In this document: piece after piece, positions 49,791 to 61,573 of the stretch | Layout: every line of letters begins with the position of its first letter | Position numbering within the stretch: position 1 is the first letter of the stretch | Assembly (NCBI RefSeq): GCF_963921235.1 | Contig: NC_086118.1 | Location: 19,966,001-20,030,000 of the forward strand | Direction of reading: 5' to 3' | DNA length: 64,000 nt | Origin: Mobula hypostoma | Taxonomy: Eukaryota | Made by a program: the position numbers and the translations under genes | The notes under the pieces: generated by a model | The model's input: only the letters and a program-made list of their open reading frames with translations | Told to the model about the DNA's origin: nothing | The model's database searches: none

Positions 49791-51810
49791 TGTTATGGAC
49801 TGGGCCATATCCACTACCTTTTGTAGGATTTTCCATTCAAGGCCATTGATGTTTCCATTCTAACTGTGATGCAGCCAGTCAATATATTCACCATCATACA
49901 TAGACAGAAGTTTGTCAAAGTTTTATCTCTGCAACTACTAAGGAAGTAGAGTCACTGTCGTGCTTTCTTTGTAATTGCACTTACGTGCTGGACCCCAGGA
50001 CAGGTCTTCCGAAATAATAAAACTGAGGACATTAAAGTTGCTGACCGTCTCCACTTGTGATCCTCTGATGAGGACTGGCTTATGGACCTCAGATTTCCTT
50101 TTTCTGAAGTCAATAATCAGCTCCATGGTCTTGCTGACATTGAGTAAGAGGTTGTTCTCTCTCTCTCTCTCTCTCTCTCTCCATCTTGTTTTATGGTGGT
50201 TGGCACCCAGCCTAATGGTGCGTTACCGCCACCTTCTGTACCGTATGCTTCTGTTGCGTATGTCATTTGATTTAACTTTATAAGAGGTTGTTGTTATGGC
50301 ACCACTCAGCCAGATTTTCAGTCTCCCTCCTGTATGCTGATTTATTACCAACTTTGATCCAGTCCACAACAGTGGTGACATCAGCAAACATGAATATGGC
50401 ATTGGAGCTGTGTTTAGTCACACGGTCATGGATGTAAAGTGAGTAGAGCAGGGGGCTAAGCACACAGCTTTGTGTTGACGGAGATTGTGGAGGAGATATT
50501 ATTCTCAGTTCAATCCAAGTGGGATATGCAAGTGAGGACGTCCAGGATCCAATTGCATAAGGAGGTATTGTGGCAAAGGTCTAGGAGCTTATTGATTAGT
50601 TTTAAGGGGATAATGGTAATGAATGCTGGACTGTAGTCAATAAGGAGCATCCTGGTGTATGCATCTTTGCTGTCCAGATGTTCCAGTGTTGAGTTAAAAG
50701 CCAATAAGATGGCATCTGCTTTGGACCGTTCCTCTGATAGACAAATTGGAGTGGATCCAAGTTGCCTCTCAGGCAGGAGTTGATATTTTTCATCACCAAC
50801 CTCTCAAAACACTTCATCGCTGTGGATGTAAGTGCTACTGGACAATAGCCATTGAGACAGCTCACCATGTTCTTCTTAGGCACCATTATAACTGAAGTCT
50901 TCTTGAAGCAGTTGAGCATCTCAGAAGCGATAGGTTTAAGCTCTCAGTGAGCACTCCAGCCAGTTGATCAGCACATACCTTTGGTACTTGGCCAGGTACC
51001 CCATCTGGGCAAGGTTATTTTCGTGAAGGCTGCTCACACATCAGCCTTAGAGACTGAATCATAGGATAGTCAGAGTGTTTGTGATGGCTCCTCCACGTTT
51101 TGATGGTCAAAGCGAGCATAGAAGGCATTGAACTTGTCCAGAACTGAAGCCCTGTTGTTGCGTATGTCATTTGATTTAACTTTATAAAAGGCGATAGCTT
51201 TCAAGCCTGCCACAACTGTCAAGCATCTTTCATTTAGTCCAGAATTGCCACTTCACCCATGAGATGGCTCTCTGGAGATCATACGTGGATCTCTTGTAGC
51301 TTTCTTGGTCACTAGACTTGAATGTCTCTGAAAAGCTCTCTGCAAATTGCAGATTGCATGGTTCATCCAGGGGCTTCTGTTTGGGGAAGACCCTGAATGA
51401 TTTTGCATGGACACACTCATCTGCAACTATTTTAATAAATTCCGTGACAACCATGGTGTATTCATTCGGATCCACAGATAAGATCTTGAACACACATGGT
51501 CCACTAACTGGAAGCAATCCCACAGTCGGTCCTCTGCCTCCTTCGTTGTCCTAATCTCTGAAGCTTTGCTCCTCAGGCTCTGCCTGCATGCAGGTAGCAG
51601 AAGGACAGCCAAGTGATCCAATTTACTGAAGTGTGGTCCGGGGATGGAACAGCAGCCATTCCTTATCTTAATATAATAGTGGTCTCGTGTGTTGGGACCT
51701 CTGGTGCCACAGGTTAAATGCTGATGTAATTAGGCTGAGTTTTCTTCAAATAAGCCCGGCTAAATTCCCCAACTATGATTTGAAATGCACCGGGATGGAC
51801 TTCACATATA
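49790..51810 (-). mobile_element. Rex1/Babar LINE ORF (APE end plus RT), decayed
   Basis: Minus ORFs with [71 protein letters not shown]. Confidence 0.92.
50157..50280 (-). mobile_element. Tiny Nimb/I-clade 3'-end insertion with (GA)n tail and 12-bp TSD
   Basis: Minus strand GGTGGCGGTAACGCACC...TGCCAACCACCATAAAACAAG resembles 61511-61560; TSD TAAGAGGTTGTT at 50145-50156 and 50281-50292. Confidence 0.8.
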
Positions 51811-51976
51811 TATGATATTTCCTCAGATATCCTTTTATCACAAAGCAACTTAGTTAACTTTTAGGTTCTGTAACAAGCCAAATTTAACAACCCATTGTCT
51901 TAAACGACACTTCTGAGCAGCAATAAAGTAGGTATAGTAAGCTAGCGTCTGATTCTATAGACTGTTTGCAAAGCCG

Positions 51977-52037
51977 CATGAACATTGACTTCTCTAACTT
52001 CTGTTAATGCTCCACCTCCCCTTCATATCCCATCCCT

Positions 52038-52068
<31 letters not shown>

Positions 52069-52417
52069 ATTTTTTTTCTCTCTCTCTCTCTCTCTCCTTT
52101 TTCTCCCCCTGTCCCTCTACTTGCCCATCCTCTGGGCTTCCCACCTCCCGCTTTCTTTCTCCCTAGGCCTCTCGTCCCATGATCTTCTCATATCCCTTTT
52201 GCCAATCAACTTTCCAGCTCTTGGCTCCATCCCTCTCCCTCCTGTCTTCTCCTATCATTTCAGATCTCCCCCTCCCCCTCCCACTTTCAAATCTCTTACT
52301 GTCTCTTCTTTCAGTTAGTCCTGACGAAGGGTCTCGGCCCGAAACATCGACCGCACCTCTTCCTGTAGATGCTGCCTGGCCTGCTGTGCTCACCAGCAAT
52401 TTTTATGTGTGTTGCTT
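51977..52417 (+). mobile_element. Penelope pseudo-LTR with hammerhead motif (52317-52352)
   Basis: Closely similar to 8128-8560; hammerhead AGTC-CTGACGA-AGGGTCTCGGCCC-GAAA-CATC-GACC. Confidence 0.88.
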
Positions 52418-52799
52418 TATAGATAATATTTGTCCTCAGTCTGATTACTTCTATCCATTTACATTTTAAGATCAAAGACTGATTCCTATTTACAACCAGA
52501 CATCAAACGACTGTTGGTTGGAAGTTTGCTTATAATTGTCTTATCTTACAATTGGCTGCTCACTGTGTTTAGAAAGCAAGATTTGCAAATAAAAACCAAG
52601 GGGCATCCTGGCATAGGAAGCAAATATCATCATACAATTACCAGAATTTCTTCTAGTACTTTTGCTTCAACTAGCATTTGGCTCATGGGTCTATATACCA
52701 GGCTTTTTCTTGCTGCCTTTCTAAAAAAGGAAGACCACATTCACTGTCTTTCAACCATCTGGTACCTCGCTTGTGTCTAGCAATAATTTAGAAATCTCA

Positions 52800-53272
52800 G
52801 GCAGACCACCAGCAATTTTTGGCCGCCCATTTTAATTCCACTTGCCACTCCCATTCCAATATGTCCATCCATGGCTTTCTCCACTGTTGTGATAAGACCA
52901 CACTTAAGTTGGAGGAACAACACCTTGATGGCATGAACATCGATTTCTCAAACTTCCGGTAATGCCCCCCTTCTCCATTTCCCATCCCCTTCCCCTTTTC
53001 CTTCTCTTATCTCATCTCACCAATCAACTTCCCAGCCCTTTATTTCACTCATCCCCCTCCAGGTGTAACCCATAACCTGGTGGTCTCTCTCCCCTCCCCC
53101 ACCTTCTAAATCTACCCATCAGCTTTTTTTCTCCAGTCCTGCCAAAGGGTTTCGGCCCCAAACATCGACTATTCTCCTTTCCATAGGTGCTGCCTGGCCT
53201 GCTGAGTTTCTCCAGCATTTTGTGTGTGTTGCTCAGATTTCAAGTATCTGCAGATTTTCTCTTGTTTGTTAC
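52800..53272 (+). mobile_element. Older Penelope 3' fragment (GIY-YIG tail plus pseudo-LTR)
   Basis: HFNSTCHSHSNMSIHG...LEEQH..DGMNIDFSNFR*; degenerate hammerhead at 53135-53170. Confidence 0.85.
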
Positions 53273-54125
53273 CAATTTCTTTCCTTTCTTCCTGCAGCAT
53301 CCTCAGATAAATCCAATCCAGTCCTGGGGTAATGAGCATCTTTAAACTCACAAAGGCATCCAGTACCTCTTATTTATTTATTGCGACATGCATGTGACCT
53401 TAACCTACTCCTTCACTGAATTCTCCAAGTACAAAGTCAATTTCCTTTGTAAATGCTAGTGAAAAGTATTCATTTATGACCTTATCTGTACCTCCTGGCT
53501 CCACGAACAGGTTACTCCTTATGTTCCTAATGGGTCCCACTTATTCCCTGGTCATTCTTTTGTCCTTAATATACTTTCACAATGTGTTCAGATTTACCTT
53601 AATCCTGTCTACCATGATCCCTCTTTGTCCTCCTAATGTCCTTTTATAAACACATCCGACACTTTTTAGACTGATAACAGTCCACCTCTCATTAGTTCCC
53701 TCTACCTGTAATATGCTTCCATTTTTGTCTTTATCCTGCCCTTAATATTCCCTGACGTTCAGAATTCCCCATAGTTATAACTCCTAGTTTTTTCTTTGCA
53801 GGAGAATGATGACTTTGAACTCTTGTTATTTCTCCTTTGCATACTTGCACCTGTGCATACATAGATTTACCAGCAAGTAGGTGCTCCCAGTCTACACTTG
53901 CCAAGTCTTCCATTATGCTGATGAAATTGGCCCCTCCATTTACTCTGGAGGATGTATGAAGTATATTACCTCAAATTCCATTTGCCACTGATGCACCCAA
54001 ATTTCCTGTTGGCCCATGGCCTGCTGAACCCTTCACTATGTACTACACCGCTGTATTGTCATCTGCAAACGTACTCACCTAACTTACCTACGTTCCCATC
54101 CAAGTCATTTACATATTTTACAAAC
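53272..54125 (-). mobile_element. Old CR1 ORF2 fragments
   Basis: Minus ORFs with PGLDWIYLRMLQE and DLASVDWEHLLAGK; reversed FADD near 54060. Confidence 0.7.
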
Positions 54126-57100
54126 AAATAAATAAATTACAGACAAGAAAATTAAAAATTGGATCATGTAATACCCACTGTCAAATAAAACCAATAGAAA
54201 AACCCAGGAACTTCCTGCAATTCACACACGAGTCTCCACTTTCATGGCGATTGGCCTTGCAACTGGCACTCAGATATATAGAGGAATCCAAACAAGTGGA
54301 ATAACTTCAAGAGGCCGGTCACCACCACAAGTCTGGTCTGTCACTTTAATAAGATCTCTAATCTTTCATCAGTGAAGCAAACACTGAGTGAGCATGAAAG
54401 TTACCACAGCCATGTCTGATCCAGGACTAATGCATCTCTTTCAAGGTCTAATAACTGTACTGTATACGAGTATTTTGTACCATACCAAGATTATATTCCT
54501 CTACCTCCTATACAATTGTCTTGACATAAAGTTGAGAGACCTGAGAATGGCTAACTAGATAATTGGCTCTCAAGACATTATGTGACCCGAATCAGCAAGA
54601 GGCAGCTTCATTTCTGTCGCTGAGAATAATACCTGCAACTGTTCCATTGAATGACTGTTTTCACATGTACTTGTGGAAAATGGATTTCATGGGCCAATAC
54701 TAAGCAGCATTGCATCTCCACATAAGTTAATTAACATTTCCATCAGCTGAAGTAATGGATGCAAACTTGCACGGATTTTTGCACAGGATAGAGAAGGTTT
54801 TATAACACACTGATTAAAAAGTGGCAAAGCTAATATAATGCTGAACCAATTTTGCTCTTCTATGTGTCATACACTTTGAAGATCAACTGTTCCTTCTAGC
54901 TTGATAAGACAAAAACTTTGAACAGGGTGGCAGATTGGCAGAGTGTTTTAAGTTTTTTTAATTGCTGCTTACATCAGCTAAACTGAAAAAGTTTATTAAG
55001 GATATTTTGGATCCAGGCGGCCAGCAATTAAATCCTGAATCTGGCCCAGCTGCATCATTTGATCGTTCATAGAGAGAGCTTCCACTATATAAATATCACT
55101 GTCTTTAAACCCTGTTTGTTTCCTCTTCTTTTAAGAAGTCAAATTAAAATGTATTTGTGTATTATTGCATCAAACTATATTATAAGTTCAGTTATTTCAT
55201 TTATTTGAAGTTATCCCTTTACATTGGAAATTTATTTCCCCAGGCAATATGACAGAATATGCTCCTCCTATCTCTGTGCCAAAGTTATGTCTTTTCACCC
55301 AGTAGGCAGCATACAAAAGCAGTCCAAATCACTCTGCAGCATCTTATAGCAGCCTCCTTCTGGTCAGGATTTCCCTCAACCATCTGGCAGAGACTGCGAT
55401 CCTGCCTTGTGGGGAATCATGTCTTCCCACATACATGTCATATCCTGCCAGATTATGCCCCCGAAAAATTAAACTCTTGGGAAGAGAGAAAAGAAGTTCA
55501 AAATAAAGTTATTTTGTTCACTGATAAACGTGTGCAATGTAGGAATTTTATTCTACAGCATGTGGATTGCTAAATTGTGACAGTTCAAAAGTAGATTTGA
55601 TCTTTATATTAAATAAATTATTCCAATTATTATTATATATCATGAGAGACTGAACAGAACTGGGGCTCGTCTCTGAAAAAGGGAAAGCTGAAAGGTGAAT
55701 TGATACATGTCCTCAAGATTTTGAAAGAGGATGGAATATGAATGTCTGAATTCCACATGGTATGTTTTGTAATTCCAAAACATAAAACTAGTTGTATGAA
55801 AAATAAGGGAGCCTGGGAAATCCGAGTAAACCTTGTTTTTACTTTCAGCGAGGTGCAAGCAAAATACAGGGAGCATAATGATGTATGACATTCACGTACA
55901 TATAATCCGTAATGAATTATTTAAACAACCAAGAGTGCTTAATCAAACAATACATTTACAATATTACTCAAATATTAAATATGCAACATGTCTAGCAATA
56001 AACTCCAACTCAATATAGAACGCGTCTCAACTATATACACAGTTTACTATATAATACAACTACTACTTGGTGTAGACATCCACAGCATAGTACAGTTTAA
56101 ATTATCACATTCAGGAAAGACTTAATTGTCTAAAAACTTAATCGCTATGGTGGATTTCTTACTCTTGTGGGATAATGTCTTTCCTAACAAGGTGGGTCCC
56201 TCAGCTTGGCAGGTGAGACTTGTGGCTGTGAAACAATCTTAGGTTCTGGAACCTCCTCTATGGTGGTTGTAGGAGCTGACTATGAGAAAGCAGGAAGGGG
56301 TTCTGGCACTGATAAATGTGTTGTCTCCTGATGGCATCAGACATAACCTCCACTGTGTAAGAGGGTGATCTGGCTTTGCCCTTAATCTTTCCAAGTACCC
56401 ACATTTAATCACCCCTGTTGTCCCTCAACATGACCGCTTGATTGAGAGCACTCAGCTTTTCTCAGCTATTGGTCCTGCATACTCTTTCTGAGAGAGGGTT
56501 TCAGGAGATCCAAGCGTGAGCACAAGGGATGACACAGGAACAGCCTGGTAGTGTGTTGTTGGTTGTGGAGAGTCCTACGTTGCAATTTACAAGGAGCAAA
56601 TTGGCAAGCTTCTGATTCAGTGCCAGTGTAGTGTGCTCTGCTGACATTGCTTGCAGAACATCCTTTAGACTCTGAACAAACCTTTCCACCAAGCCACTTG
56701 TAGCTGGTTGGAATGGTGCAGGTGTAATATGTCTTATTCCAGTCATTTTCAGGAATGACTGAAACTGTCCTGTTAGTCACCTGTTAAGTGTTCTTGAACA
56801 CCAGTCCTTGAGAAGAGGATTCTCAAAACAGCAACAGTACATGAGGCTGTAGTGGAGGCTACTGGCCACGTTGTATCTGCATCCACTTACTACCAAGAAA
56901 TTTGTGCCCCTGAATGGTCTGGCAAAATCCACATGAATCCTCTTCCAGGGGTAATGCAGGCTATTCCCAGGGATATACAGGCGCTGCTCTTGACATCTTC
57001 TGGACACTGCATGGCAAGCTACTTGATCTGCTGATCTGTCCCAGGCCACCAAACAAAGTTTCAATCTAATGCTTTCACTTTGACAATGCCTAGATGACCG

Positions 57101-58182
57101 GCCTGTAGCTCCTCCAACACTTTAGTCCTCAGCTCGGATGGTACAACAACTCTCAATCCCCACATAAGGCAACCCCCGGCAATGTTCAACTCGGCACTGA
57201 TAAAAATTGGGGAACTGGAGATTCCGCTGCATATTCCAGCCATTTATATTTGCCATGTAGATCTGAGACAGTGTGGAGTCTTTTCTGGCTTCCCTTTAGA
57301 TCATCTCTGCTGTGACAGGGGGACTTCCGGCTTGCATTAGGGAGAACATCAAGAGGAGTGTCCTTCTATGTAATTTTTTCCAGTATTTCCTTTTCCAAGT
57401 GTAAATGGAACAATCCATCAGCATTTCCATGATTAGGTACCCTCTTGAACTCAATATTGCAATTGTGTCTTCCATGAAACAGAGCCCATCTCAGCATTTG
57501 TGCTGCTGCTGTTAATGGAACATGTTTCTGTGGGTTGAAAAAGGACACCAGTGGTTGATGAGGGTAAACTCTTTCATACAAGTACTTGCTGAAATGTTTT
57601 ACACCCCAGACCAGACTCAAAGCCTCTCTGTCATCTGTGTGCATTATTGTTCTGCAGCAGTAAGGGAATGTGATGCAAAGATTATTGGGCATCCATTTCC
57701 ATCACATGTGACATGACTGTAAATATGGTACGCCATAAGGCAAGGCGTCACAGACAAGCTTCGCTGGACAATGTGGACCATAATGTGTCAGTATAGTGTC
57801 CGATGTCACCATTTCCTTTACCTTTTAGAAAGCCACATCACACAGCTTTGTCCATTGCCATTTCTTCCCAATCTGCTTAATGATTTCAAGGGATGAAGCA
57901 CAATAACCAGGTTTGGCAGCAAGCATAATAGTAATTGCAAATCCTAGAAAGTATGGCAAACATGACATGTCCTTTGGCCTTGGGGTATCCAACATTGCTT
58001 GAATCTTCTCAGTACACTGGTGTGTCAATGGAATGACTGTCATGGTCCAGTCCGAGAAATCCACATTCTGATTCACGGTCCAGTCCATGCTCCTTATTCC
58101 AGGTTTTCCAGTTTCTTTTGAGGCAGCTGATTCTTGTTTGCGCTGGCTTCATAAACAGCTTCAAGGTTCAGCCTCTGGTTGC

Positions 58183-61100
58183 AGTGCGACTGATTGTGGA
58201 GCTCACTGGAAAATGGCGGAGAGAAACAACATCAAGGAAAGAGCCAAGTTGTTGAAGGAAGTTTTTGGTGAGAGTGGAAGTGAACTAGAGATGGAGGTCG
58301 GCGGGAAAGAGGAACGGAATGGAAAGAGGAAGGGAAGAAAGCAGAGGTACGGGATATCAAACTCTGAGGAGTCAGCGGTTGATCAAACAGGACAGCAAAA
58401 CAATGGAAAGAAGATGAGATTAAAGCAATTACAAAACTAAGCGAAGACGGGGCATCTTTTGGTGATTGGAACCCGATTCGTTTGACAAAGATGCTCAACA
58501 AAATTATAGGTGAGATTAAAAGAGCAAAGATTTTACGAAATGGATCGCTATTAGTGATTTGTTGGGATAGTGCTTAACAAGGCAAAGTGATAAGATTAAG
58601 TAAAATAGACAGCAAAGAAGTACATTGCTCAATACCCAACAATAGAAAGTGGACTAGAGGAGCTATTTTGGGGATACCAACAAAAGTTACTATGGATGAG
58701 ATTCAGCAGAACATAAAAGGAGCAAAAATTATTGAGGCCAAATGTTTGAAAGTTATAGGAAACGGGAAAAAGTGTGATAGTTTATCGGTACTGATTAACT
58801 TTGATGAAGAGAGATTGCCGACGAACATTTACTTGGGGTATATGTGTTATGCGGTTAGAATATATATACCACCACCTTTCAGATGCTATAAATGTCAGAA
58901 ATTTGGGCACATTGCAGCAGTCTGCAGAGGACAACAAAGATGTAGGACAGGCACTGAAGAACATGAATATGGGTAATGTGAAGCAGGAGCTAGGTTGAAA
59001 TGCTGCAATTGTGGTGAGGAACACAGCACAGCTTATCGAGGGTGCATTTATAGCAAGAAGGTGGCTGAGATACAATATGTAAAAGTAACTCAAGGAATCA
59101 GTTATGCAGAGGCAGTGAAAGAATTTGCTGAAAAAGAAGCTGTCAAGCAAACAAATACAGGGAATAATAAACTGGTGAATTGTGAGGGCTGTAATATGAA
59201 AAATAAGGATACACTATCAATGAGTAGAAAGGATTTCGTGCTTTTTATGGTGGATGCAATTAATTGTTCAGTGCAAACAAGCAAAAGAACTGAAAAAATT
59301 AAAATTATAGTCAAGTCTGAAGAAAAGTATCTTGGTGTTAAAGGGATTAGGTGGAAAGAAGTCAAAGAAAAGCTGAATGGAGGATCTAACAGTTCACTGG
59401 CAGGGGAGATGGAATCTTAATGGCAGTATATTTATCACAAATGGTCAAGAATTTAAGAAATATGTTTCACAACTTAAGGAAAATCATCAGATTTTATGGT
59501 TGAAGCCCAGGGTAAATGGGCAGAACTCCAACAATAAATTGAAGTACCCGACAAGAAAAACTGTGAGTTGGAAATGTCACAATGGCGGGGACTTTGGGAG
59601 CAAAGGTGGACCTAAATGCAAGACATATCTTGTGAGGTTACTGAGATTTAGTTTATTGTTCGATACCAGGAGAGCAAGGCAGGAGCAGGGAATAGCGAAC
59701 TGGACAAGGTCTCAGGACTACGACTAGGCTGGGACCAAGGGTCTGGGCTTGGACTCGGAATCGGCTCCCAGAACTAGAGGAGACATGAAGAGGCTAGGGC
59801 ATGGACTCCGAGCCCAAGACTGGGCAAGGACCCAGTACCTGGGTCTTACCTCGGGCTCAGACCCCAGAACCAGGCATGGACATGACATAGGCTAGGGAGA
59901 GGAGGAACACGGAAAACAGAGCCTCAGTCTCGGGAGAGCAAGTACATGGAACCATGGACACATACACAGAACAGAGAGTCAGGACCCCTCCTTGGGTACA
60001 GGACATAGGGCCGGGACTCACACACAGAACAGAGAGCCGGGACCGCTCCTTGGGTACAGGACATAGGGCCGGGACTCAAGACCCTCCGCGGGGCAACCGC
60101 AAGACGACCTGACTTACCCCACGGAGGCAAGGACAAGACAAGACAAGACAGAACATGACCCCCCATGGGGCAACGGCAAGACGGCCTGACTTACCCCACG
60201 GAGGCGAGGACAAGACAAGACATGACTCACCACGGGGCAATGGCAAGATGGCCAGACTTACCCCCATGGAGGCAAGGACCAGACAGAACAAGACATGACA
60301 CCCCGCGGAGCAATGGCAAGACGGCCTGACTTACCCCACGGAGGCGAGGACAAAACAAGACAAGACCAACGCAAATGAACACCAGACAGTACCTATCTAG
60401 CTCTGGTGATGGAACTAGACCGAAGTGCAGGCGGGAGCGGCAGACAAGGGCTAGAGACGAGAGGGGCAGAGAAGGGATTCAGACAAGGGGGTAGGACAGG
60501 AATCACAGACCGCCAGGGCCAGAACTTGACTCAGAACTGGGAAGCCGCCAGGGCCAGGACTTGACTTGATGCTTGAATGCCGCCAGGGCCAGGACTTGAC
60601 TTGGAGCCTCCAGGTAGTGGCGAGCTCTTGACTTGGCCCGGGAACAGTAGACAGCAATTCTTGATTTCCTCCGGCAGGTTAACTGATGGACTCACCTTGG
60701 TGAGGAAACTTTGCAGGCTCACTTTGGCGAGGTAACTGGACAGGGTTGCTCCGGTGAGGAAGGGCGAATTACCAGCACTCGCTTTGGCAGAGGCTAGGCT
60801 TGCTCCGGCCAGATGACATCGGCACACCGTAACTTTGATGACTTTGCAGACGCTCCCGCGCCGAACGGCTGAAAGCCGGAGACTATAAACTACCGGTTCA
60901 GCCAAGCGTTAATTGCCTCTAATCACCAAAGTCAAGGGACACGGGAAAACAGGGAACCAACGGTCCGGATCGTAACATAAACAAGGTAAATTTAAAGGGA
61001 CCCCGATCCGGACCATGGTAGGAAAAGAGTTTGGAAAATGGAGGAAATTATTACAAGGATACAAAAGGAAAAGGAATTTGTTGCAAAGTGAATTATCTAC

Positions 61101-61573
61101 ATTCAGATTGTAAAATGAAAACATGGAAACAAATGAAGAAGAACTCTGAGGTCTCAGTAAACAACTGCAGGCTACAATCCAAGAAAAGGAAAACCTGAAA
61201 AAGCAGATAGACTTGGAAAAACAGCAATTTTTAAAGTATAACATGCGATAATTACTACTCTTTAACAAGACAATTTTATTCTTACAAATGATGTAGATTA
61301 AATCAATGTAATTGAGGTAATACAACTACATGAAAACATTTGACAAAGTTACGGAAGAATAGTAGTTTGCAGCATTATCTAATGAGCGCATTAAGCATTC
61401 ACGAGGAATTGCAACTACAGAGTGATGTTAATAGAGAACTGCAGGCTGAACTAGATTGTCAAAAGTAGAGAATTCCAGGACATATTTGGTTGGAACACCA
61501 CAAGTCTAGCAGGTGGCAGTAATGCACTGAAAAACTGGTTGCCAATCGCCATAAAACAAAAAAGAAGAAGAAG
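58183..61573 (+). mobile_element. Nimb/I-clade LINE, internally deleted (ORF1 with CCHC knuckles, ORF2 stub, 3' end with (GAA)n)
   Basis: ORF1 PPPFRCYKCQKFGHIAAVC and KCCNCGEEHSTAYRGC; ORF2 start NGQEFKK at about 59440; TSD CAGC/TCTCTGGTTGC at 58169-58182 and 61574-61587. Confidence 0.88.
59575..61020 (-). mobile_element. Solo LTR B (related to LTR A, opposite orientation) with internal tandem repeats
   Basis: TGTCAC left terminus; TSD GGAAA at 59570-59574 and 61021-61025; its ends are reverse-complement-similar to the LTR A ends; tandem units at about 59965-60080, 60085-60365 and 60511-60602. Confidence 0.8.

Noticed and set aside
52545..52570. ACAATTGGCTGCTCACTGTG as the foamy LTR end plus primer-binding site
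   Set aside because: Wrong strand relative to pol and a poor match to tRNA-Lys; better explained as a Deu-SINE remnant. No convincing primer-binding site or LTR pair was found for the provirus.
60085..60365. CRISPR-like repeat-spacer array
   Set aside because: Whole units are repeated with no unique spacers; it lies inside a vertebrate LTR and no cas genes are present.
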